Positions 25,274-33,013 of a stretch of 33,013 nucleotides of DNA are shown piece after piece. The stretch's first letter is position 1, and each line of letters begins with the position of its first letter. The notes under the pieces are model-generated. The model was given only the letters and a program-made list of their open reading frames with translations. It was not told the origin of the DNA and searched no databases. Source of the DNA: Thelocarpon superellum (Eukaryota). Position numbers and translations under genes: made by a program. The stretch is taken from positions 1 through 33,013 of the forward strand of contig JAPEUG010000180.1 of the NCBI GenBank assembly GCA_026025795.1. The letters run 5' to 3'.

Positions 25274-25957
25274 CTAGATACGCCAGCTCCTACCCATCTG
25301 GGCCTCGTGAAGCGGGCTCCAAACGCCCCGGACCGACTCTTGACCACCGGAGAAGACCGTCTTTGAGTTCGACCGCCGCAGCTTCTCACCACTAGCATCG
25401 CGCAGCAGCTCGGCCTTCTTCAGCACCTGCGCGGCCGTCATGTTGCGCACACACACCACCTTCTCCCGCCCGTTGACGTAGGATGCTCGAATGATCGGGT
25501 GTGAGCTTGGTCGAGGCGAGATGCGCATTTCGATGCCGGGGTGTGCCCTCGCGAAGGTCGGCAGGTGCGAGTGTAGGAAGGAACTGTCAGAATCCGTCAG
25601 ATGGTCCTTCCGTTGCTTAGCTGAGTCGATTCGTGAGTCCACTTCGTACTTGGGGACTCGGAAGGAGGTATAAAAGAGGAGAAAAGGAATGCACCGCGAG
25701 GGGAAGAGAGAGAAGAAACGTACTTCATCCCCCGAGAGGATCCGGCCCAATCGCAGTAGTTGAAGTCAAGCCGTTTACATTGCAGGATGAATGATGACAC
25801 GCCGTTCTGTGGGCCGCCGTGATGTCAGCCTTGGCTGCTGTACCTCGAGAAGCTACTTCACAAGGGAGAGACGCTGGAGGGTGGATGTTTAGTGGCGGCG
25901 AGCAAGAGAAAGACGTACCCGAGCCTTTGATACAGTCCGCACCCCCGAGACAGGCAT
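25274..25957 (-). CDS. MRPL51: Mitochondrial large ribosomal subunit protein mL43 (yeast MRPL51; L51/S25/CI-B8 domain)
   Basis: Exons 25957-25919, 25806-25724, 25583-25274. Introns 25918-25807 and 25723-25584 are both GTACGT..CTGAC..CAG. The protein reads MPVSGVRTVSKARNGVSSFILQCKRLDFNYCDWAGSSRGMNSFL...HPIIRASYVNGREKVVCVRN...ESVRGVWSPLH. Confidence 0.92.
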
Positions 25958-26425
25958 CGTGTGTGTGTGTGAAGTAGATGCGAGGACGCAAGCACCACGG
26001 CTCTCGATGGATGGGTCGCGCGAAGCAAGTCAATTAGTTGCGTGTAATATCCATCAAGGATACTTACTTGCTAATATACTACTACTACTAGTAGTAGCAA
26101 GTAGTATGTTAGCAGTTGTTCCTCAAGTGAAGTCTCGCGTCAACGAAGCCGGGGACGTCACGTGCGCGGGCCGCTGAAAAAGTTCCGGCGTCACCAACGT
26201 CCAGCTACGATATGGCAAGTCGATCAAACTAGCTTGGCGACTTGCTAGTAGGACCAGCGACAGGATCTCTCCATCATTTCCTCGTGGGAACGGTACGATT
26301 GGCGCCTGCAACTCAGACGTTGACCATCTCCTCGCTCCTTGTCGGAGCAATTCGAGCTCGCGCCTCGCCGAAGAGAGGTGTAGAGAACCGGGACCGTCGA
26401 AGAAGAAGATCAAGATCCCGCCACG
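25958..26425. promoter_or_regulatory. Short divergent intergenic region (likely bidirectional promoter) between MRPL51 and TOM22
   Basis: 468 bp between the ATGs. It contains an AT-rich TAC/TAG core (16-bp palindrome CTACTACTAGTAGTAG, 26082-26097), GACGTCACGTG at 26154-26164 (CRE-like overlapping an E-box) and a (GT)6 run next to the MRPL51 ATG. Confidence 0.55.
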
Positions 26426-27096
26426 ATGGTGCGCCTCACAGAGGTCGAAGACGAGCATTTCACCACGCCGCAGCCGGGACCAGCGGCGGAGGACATCAAC
26501 GACGACGAGTACTCTGACACAGGTGAGGGGTATTCCCTGCCGTGGCATTTCTGTGCACTGTCGCCCTTTATCAACCAAGATACATTCTGATGCCGCCTCC
26601 AGATTCCGAAATCTCCTCGGCGTCCTCCGATCGGGCCCAGGACGAGACGCTGCTGGATCGACTGGTTGCGCTGCGCGACGTGATCCCGCCCACGCAACGA
26701 GCGTACCTCTCCTCGTCGCTGTCGACCGGCTATCGGTGGGTGACGACGGGCTTGACGTTCGGCGGGAAGACGCTTTGGGTCGTCAGTACCGGCGCCATGA
26801 TGGTCGGCATTCCTTGGGCCTTGGCCTTTAGCGAGGAGGCGCAGATGATGGAGATGGAGAAGGAGATGAAGATGCAGCAGAACACCAACGAGGTCGGTGC
26901 ACCCTTTCCTCGTCTCGTTGTCGTCCTTGGGTCATGGCACCTTGCTCGTGACCATCCCCGCGCTTTCGTGCAGAGTCAGCCACAAATCGCCTCCCTCACT
27001 AACGTGTATCGTTCGCTTGTTCAGTTACTCGCGCCTGGAGCGAGCCAACAAGCCCTCGCCGGCGGTGCACCGACGGGAGCGAAGCCTGCGTTGTGA
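26426..27096 (+). CDS. TOM22: Mitochondrial outer-membrane import receptor Tom22
   Basis: Exons 26426-26522, 26603-26892, 27025-27096. Introns 26523-26602 (GTGAGG..CAG) and 26893-27024 (GTCGGT..CTAAC..CAG). Acidic N-terminus MVRLTEVEDEHF..YSDTDSEIS, then ETLLDRLVALRDVIPP and the membrane segment LWVVSTGAMMVGIPWALAF. Confidence 0.94.
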
Positions 27097-27421
27097 TGCC
27101 TGCGTAGAAGTGGCTCGTGGTGATGTGCGGGGATACCTTCTTGTTGAGATGGGGGCACGGTCGCCCGGCAAGCTTCTCCTATGTGCCCGTGTTGTTCCTG
27201 CGCCGCATGTATACATTCTACATTCTGCGCTTGGCATTGTACTATAGTTACTCTACTCCCTCCTCGAACCTCACTCACGTCCGCTCTGCGAATGTCATGG
27301 CCATGTCTTATTCACGGACTCGTTCCGTCATATCTCCATCAACGAAGTAAGGCTCGTTCAGGCTGCATTCTACCGACATGCACGATGAGGATTCTCTTGT
27401 GTAGACAGACAGCACGACTGC

Positions 27422-29621
27422 TCATCGAACAGAGAAGCGACTTGGCTACAAAACATATCAGCAACTCCACACGCATGTCAAGCAACCTTGCTCACCCGAA
27501 ACGTACCTTGGACGAGCGAGCTTCATGAAGCGTGGACTTAAAATCCTGATAGAGCATCTCGACCTGGCCTGACTCAACCATCTCATCTAGCACTATGTCC
27601 GCAAACTTGCTCCTCTTATTGTTGCTCCATCGCGCGCGCCGAATCACTTGCTCCGCTTCCATGTGGCCTTCTTTGTCGAGGTACGTCAGTACCATGTGGT
27701 TGGATGCGTAACGCCAGTGCATCAGGCGATGAGCCATCTCGGCGTTCGCGCCGCAGTGTCTGGAGGAATGGTCAACATGTGAACTTCTGGCAGAAGGCAT
27801 GAGGGCATTGACCCACCTGCCCACACACCAGGCCTTGTGCTGTGACGGTAGAGGATTGCCTTTGCTGTCGACGCTCCCGTGTTCGCTAGGCTCTTCGGCA
27901 TCATCGGCATCGTCGTCAACATCGTCAACATCGTCATCATCGTCCCCATTCCCGTCCTCTTCATCGTCCGTCACATCTTCTAGCGTATGTCGGTGGTAGG
28001 GTTTCCCAGTCAGATGGATGGTCCAGGTTGCTGGATGGCCAACTCGGTTACAGGCTTCGCAGTGCTCCAGAACAAGCCCGCTGTGCCCCTCGTCAGTCAC
28101 AATATCGGGTCGGGAACGGAGCGCTCGCACGAAATCAGCGGTCCATGCGGCGGAGATGAATGTCGAGCGAGAGCGCCCTTGCACTTCATCGTCAAGTTTC
28201 TGAAAGGCCACCTGATAGATGGCGTCATCTCTGGGGAAGGCAGGGTCGAGTTTGTTATGTACCATCCATTTCACGGCATCCTGGAAATGTTCCTTGGGCT
28301 TCTTGTGCGAATGACGGGTGAACTCGAGGGGAATGCCTTGCAGAGCGGAGTGTTCGTCCAAAGGGGCACCAAGCGTATCATCACCCTCGTCATCGACGAA
28401 ATCTTCCTCGTACTCGTCAGAGTGGCCATCACGGAGAATTTGACGAATCTCTTCCGTGGCCGAAATCTTAGTTTCATCATCCTCAACCCATGTGAGATCC
28501 ATTTCGTTTCCATCGTCATCCCTATCCGAGTCGTTGTCATACAGTCCACCTGCCGAGCGTTTGGTAGCTTCCGGTGAGGACGAATCGGAGTCCACAAGAT
28601 GCTTCTCGCCGCCATGTCGACGACGGAGTTTCTCGAGCTGTTTCTGCTTCAACGTCTTCGTCGGCGATGACAAGGGTCCTCTCGTTCTGGTCGTCATCGT
28701 CCCTAACATATCATCAATCACCGTGCAACTGGAAATGGAGTCTGACTGACGGGTATCTCGAAGTGCCTTCATGTCTTCCTCCAAATCTTCCTCCTCTTGG
28801 TCTCGATTACTAGGGCCGGGATCGATCGAAGCGGATGATTTTTGGAACAGCCTTCTTCGCTGTGGACGAGCCTCTACGACGTCATCATCGTCGTCATCGG
28901 CCGCAGCCTCCTTCGCATTCTCGCCAAGAAGAATTACATCAGTCTCGTCCTCGGACACAACGGATGGTTTGGGCCGCTTGAGCGGCCAGGTAACAATCAC
29001 ATTGCTGTCGTAGTCAGTGGACAAGGAACGATCTCGCTTCCTCTGTATCCTGCTGCGCCGTAAGGCTTCACTTTGTTTGCTGGTGGGTTTGGAGACCACA
29101 TCTAATTCTGAGTCCTCGCTTTGGCTCTCCTCGCTGCTTTGATCCTGAGAGGAATGAGGTGGAGGACGCTTGGAGGCTCCTCGTGTAGCAGAGCGGCTGC
29201 TCCTTATAGAGCGGTCTTTGGCAGGCGAAGGCCCGGCAACTTGGCCTGATTGCGTTCGAGTAGACCTGGTCGACGTTGCTCTCCCGGGCTGGTCGTGCTG
29301 CGAGGAGTTGACCGGGGTCGGCGGAAATTGGACGGAAGTGGAAGTATGTTTGCCACACTTGCTGGGGGTGTTGACAACGACCTCGAAGTTCGAGCGTTCC
29401 GACCCCGGGTGTACTGCATCACCATCGTTGGCGGCGTAGATGCGGGTCTGACGCGGCCCTTTTGGCCCTTTACGGGAAGTCATTTCGCCATCGGAGATGA
29501 CCACTCGAGCAGCACGTCCACTGACAGGCGATGAGCGTGGAACGTTGGTGGAGAAAGGGGAGGAGGGTAGTGGCTCAAAGGTAAGGCGAGTTTGCCTCCG
29601 CCTGTGGCGTGGATGAGGCAT
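27422..29621 (-). CDS. DUF4211-like (CCDC82-like) protein with long disordered acidic/basic N-terminus
   Basis: The C-terminal domain has WMVHNKLDP, SAAWTADF, CEACNR..HPATW....GKPY...TLE and VGRHC...AH.L.HW. Predicted exons 29621-28751, 28702-27817, 27759-27507, 27445-27422. Introns 28750-28703 (GTCAGT..TAG), 27816-27760 (GTGGGT..CAG) and 27506-27446 (GTACGT..CTGAT..TAG). The family name is from memory of the motif pattern. Confidence 0.8.
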
Positions 29622-29821
29622 GAAGCCCTCTTGGTCAAAGGTTACGGTTCATCATAGATTAAAGCTAAGTTTACAGCTTTCGATATTGGATTGAGTCGGT
29701 GAACGCGTTATCGCCAAGTCACATGACTATCTTTAGAGCCACGTGACTGAGTGGGCCAGTGGATGACGCAGACTGGATGGTGTTCTCGTTAGTCAACGTC
29801 CTTGCAATGAGTGGCAAGAAT

Positions 29822-29836
29822 AGAGTGGTTTCGCCA
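29822..29836 (+). repeat. Left terminal inverted repeat AGAGTGGTTTCGCCA
   Basis: Exact reverse complement of 32666-32680, preceded by AAT. Confidence 0.95.
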
Positions 29837-29899
29837 TGGGAAAGATGGAAATTCTGAAGAGCAGAAATGGGATAGACACGCTGATCGTTGCCTATTCTG

Positions 29900-29961
29900 G
29901 TTGTGATCCCTGTCAACAGGGATCACAACTTCAGCAGAGTTCTGAAGCACTTCAGAACTCT
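29900..29961. repeat. Two adjacent subterminal near-perfect palindromes (14-bp and 12-bp arms, each with a central CA)
   Basis: GTTGTGATCCCTGT-CA-ACAGGGATCACAAC (29900-29929) and AGAGTTCTGAAG-CA-CTTCAGAACTCT (29936-29961). Confidence 0.92.
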
Positions 29962-30090
29962 TCCAAAGACCTGTTATAGTTAGAGCAGTCCTATTGTAGT
30001 TAGCTGTTGCAATCAATTGTGTCAATTCGAACATCAGACTCACCTGTGTGTCTCTATCATTGCCTTGATATCATGATATAGAGGAATAGT

Positions 30091-31323
30091 ATGGCTTAGT
30101 TGCCTCCATTTCGATTTGATCTACCTGCTGTATTGTCAGCTGTATTGTCAGTCTCTTGGAGTCCTAGTCCCACACCCCAGGCACAGTCCCAAGACTCCTT
30201 CCCCCCTCCTTCCACCTACCTTGACCAATCTCCAGCTCCTCCACCCTATCCTCCATCATCAGTGTGGTCTAGAACCCAATTAGGAGACTCACAAGGGTCT
30301 CAGGATGGGTTCTAGGTCCTAGGGTCATCATTTGATGGAGGTAGGGAGGAGAGCAACCCACCTCTCACCCCCTGAGCCAGCCAATTCCCTCCTGACAACA
30401 ACAACAACAATCCCACTCCTAAGCCAACACCACACCAGCACTAGTAGCAGTGGCAGCAGCAGCAGCCACTCGAGTTCAGGATCAGCCCTGCAAGATGTTA
30501 GCAACAGGTCAATCTCTCAGAAGATGAGGAACTCACCTTGATCCAGATCTGTGCAGAGAATAGGTTAGCATTTGTTGATAGGAAGAAGAGAGTCTTCTAG
30601 GATACTATTGTGAGGCAATTCGCCACTACAACAGGAAAGCAGTATAAGAACTGTGATGGGTGTATGGCGACATTGGTCTAGAAGAGAAGGCTGCAAATAG
30701 TAGCAGAAACAACAGGAACAGAGCAGACAAACAACAAGTGGACAATTGTGATCAATCAGTGGATTGAGTGCTTAGACCAGCTGAAAAGAGAAGAAGAAGA
30801 GAGAAGAGAAGAACAAGACAAGAGGAGCAGCCACACAGCAAGGGCAAACAAGGTGAGAGGTGACCTGTTGCTTGGTCAGAGCACATAGCAAGCAGCAGAA
30901 CAAGCAAGGAGGATGGACAACTCACCTGATATCGACAATGGCAACATTATTGTTGAATCGACTGCCTTGTTGCTGTTTGCCTCCTTGTCCAGCATATCCA
31001 GTGTGTCAAATCACTGGACCCACACTTGGAAGCAGTGACAGGCAGACAACATGATGGAGGTGGATCCAGAGGACAAGCTTGGCACTGCTGTTGAGAAGTT
31101 AGTCAACTTTATAACAAGTCAACAGGGGAGTGAGCAGGCACATACTAAGGCGATTGTGAAGGAAGTGGTTAGGGACAAGATCAGTTGGATCTATGAGACA
31201 TTAGCAGAGGAGACAAGAGCGCAGGCAGGTGTGCTTCACCAACAGCTTTAGGAGAGTCTGACAACAGGGCTACAGTAGATAATGTTAGCTATCAGAAGCT
31301 AGAACAACAGAGGAAGGATGTGA
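30091..31323 (+). pseudogene. Harbinger accessory ORF, Myb/SANT (trihelix)-like DNA-binding protein with in-frame stops
   Basis: One frame from ATG 30091 with no frameshift and only TAG/TGA interruptions. A Pro/Ser-rich start is followed by LSEDEELTLIQICAENRLAFVDRKKRVF*DTIVRQFATTTGKQYKNCDGCMATLV*KRR (about 30511-30690, Myb/SANT-like), then WTIVINQWIE and a charged coiled-coil. The exact original stop is uncertain. Confidence 0.8.
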
Positions 31324-32483
31324 ACCTAGCTGTAAATAGTTCTCAATTGACAGCAGCATCAATCCAAAGATCAACTCTGTCTACTGTAAGGATTGGTGAC
31401 AGTTAGCCAATAGAACTGCCACAAGGAAGTACACAGCAACTAGGCTGTTGTGTGACTACAGCACAGTCACAAACTGTGTTGATCTCTATAGGTTAGCAGT
31501 GTTTCCAAAGGCATGCTCAACACTGATACAGCAGCTACTCATCACAGCATTGAACACTGCTTGTTTGTCATCAGTATTGCTCTTCAGGAAGGGATTGAGG
31601 ATGCTGTAGGCATCGTGGTATGCCTTGTTGCTGTAGATGTACAGATCTTTGCAATCTGTACAGACCTAGAGAGCAGTGGTCAGTAGGTGCTCATGGAGGG
31701 GACAGGAACTCACTCAGTGGAGCTCTTGCTAGACTCCACTATCAAGAAACATCCACCAGTTGTTATTTAGAGCCTAGTAAGGCCCAGCCAGCAACATGAC
31801 CAGGCTGTCAGGTGTCAGAATCGCTTGGTATTTGAAGCCATGTCAATGCTTGTGTCCAGAGTAGTGATCCCACTAGTTCTCTAACAGTCAACAGAACAGA
31901 TTGAACATCCCATCAACAAAGCCAAAGATCTGGTTGCCACTATAGCCAGAGCAGTGTCCAACAGCAGCACCAAAGGAGTACAGGAGGTTGTAATTGTTGA
32001 GACAAGGGTGCCAATAGAGGAAGCACTAGTATCAGGTGCAGAGGTAGGCAACAACATTGTTGTAGACACTTGAGAGGAATGCTGACAAGCATCCAAAGAG
32101 CCTACTCTGTTGCAGCAGACAATCTGGGTACACCAGGCATGCTAGCAGTAGGCAGATGGCCAGGTCTGGTAGAGCAGAGTATCAATTCCAGAAGTCGATT
32201 GCTTCAAGGTCAAATAGTAGCAGGAGGCAATGGATCTCTGGCTTTGTAAATCTATAGATCACATCACATCAGTATCATACTCAAGCAAGCAAGGAACCTA
32301 CTAGAACCAGTAATAGCACACAGAGTCTAGTAGCAATTCCACAGAGAACTTGAAGTGCTTGTGAGGTTGTAGAGGACATGCAGGGTGGAGCTGGTGCTGG
32401 AGCTCACATCTGTGACATAAGATCTGGAAGGCCACCAGGGCAAGAAGAAGAGCAACAAGGTGGGAGCAACAAGAAGCCTCCAT
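31285..32483 (-). pseudogene. PIF/Harbinger (HARBI1-like, DDE_Tnp_4-type) transposase pseudogene with two introns
   Basis: Manual minus-strand translation gives IFGFVDG(M)FN(L)FC*(L), YSGHKH*HGFKYQAILTPD(S)LV, LAGPY, LYIY(SN)KAY (ancestral GDKAY), FNAVMSSC(C)ISVEHAFG, VAVLLANCH and (LL)SIE(N)YL. Catalytic positions: D 31914-31912, D>N 31629-31627, E 31518-31516. Predicted exons 32483-32302, 32251-31714, 31665-31285. Introns 32301-32252 (GTAGGT..CTGAT..TAG) and 31713-31666 (GTGAGT..CTGAC..TAG). Confidence 0.93.
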
Positions 32484-32529
32484 TGCTGCAAGATTGTGAG
32501 ATCTCAGTGTTGGAGGTGAGGAAAAACCA

Positions 32530-32553
32530 GGAGGGAGCTCTAGAGCTCCCTCC
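32530..32553. repeat. Perfect 24-bp palindrome GGAGGGAGCTCTAGAGCTCCCTCC in the right subterminal region
   Basis: The sequence equals its own reverse complement and lies 46 bp upstream of the transposase ATG (32483). Confidence 0.92.
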
Positions 32554-32665
32554 CAATTCCATCATTCAATCCATATATTGCCTATTATAGACTAGTGGCT
32601 ACACTATTCCTAAATTCACCAAAAACCACTATTCCCAAATAGCTCTTCCAAACTTCAGTGACTGG

Positions 32666-32680
32666 TGGCGAAACCACTCT
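32666..32680 (-). repeat. Right terminal inverted repeat TGGCGAAACCACTCT
   Basis: Exact reverse complement of 29822-29836, followed by AAT. Confidence 0.95.
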
Positions 32681-33013
32681 AATGACCGAGAGCTTCCCAA
32701 ACGACAGAAAAGATCTGCCAATCGGCCGCCCACACGTTCGAGTCAAGAAGGCCTGGTGGGACCCTCAGGTGACCAGAAAACCTCTTGTGTCTCTTGGATT
32801 TGCCAATAACCGGGACGCATGTGCCAAATAAATCTCTATTCTTTTTGCCCTTGGCTGGATCGCGACATGTCTCCGACCCGTTTCTGGACGCGATGTATCG
32901 GCGTACTTGATCTTCTCTCTTTCGAGCAATTTATCATAGAAGTAAAGCGTACTCATGCAGTCCTTGATACGGCATGTGCCAAGTCAGCTATGCGAGATCG
33001 AGATCTAAACCTT

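Larger units (their letters stand above)
29822..32680. mobile_element. Full-length, mutationally inactivated PIF/Harbinger DNA transposon (2,859 bp)
   Basis: Perfect 15-bp TIRs, a 3-bp AAT direct repeat on both sides (29819-29821 and 32681-32683), two convergent pseudo-ORFs (Myb/SANT-like on +, DDE transposase on -), and an abrupt loss of CpG between the TIRs. Confidence 0.95.

Noticed and set aside
30091..32600. LINE/Tad1-like gag-pol retroelement, first suspected from the coiled-coil ORF and a TWxQIV-like string near 31324
   Set aside because: There are no RT, endonuclease or CCHC motifs. The string is the antisense of the transposase C-terminus, and the TIRs, TSD and DDE motifs identify a Harbinger DNA transposon.

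Overview
This is GC-rich, CpG-rich eukaryotic DNA from a filamentous ascomycete (Pezizomycotina-type short GT-AG introns with CTRAY-like branch sites). I can support nine genes: a DNF3-like P4-ATPase flippase (-), acetoacetyl-CoA synthetase (-), serine palmitoyltransferase LCB2 (+), an uncharacterised Pro/Gly/Ser-rich protein (+), a small spliced GRF-type zinc-finger protein (+), TPI1 (+, 7 exons), mitoribosomal MRPL51/mL43 (-), TOM22 (+) and a DUF4211-like protein (-). The most striking feature is not visible in the ORF track: a complete 2,859-bp PIF/Harbinger DNA transposon at 29822-32680. It has perfect 15-bp TIRs, an AAT target-site duplication, and convergent Myb/SANT-like and two-intron DDE transposase genes. 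Both genes are inactivated by C>T/G>A transitions, with near-total CpG loss, and the element carries three long internal palindromes. Other leads are a spliced uORF-laden LCB2 leader, a possible short ORF split by the transposon, several stop-free 3n introns, and a TpA-rich relic near 2.6-3.6 kb with a different mutation signature. All exon coordinates and counts were derived by hand and no database searches were run.
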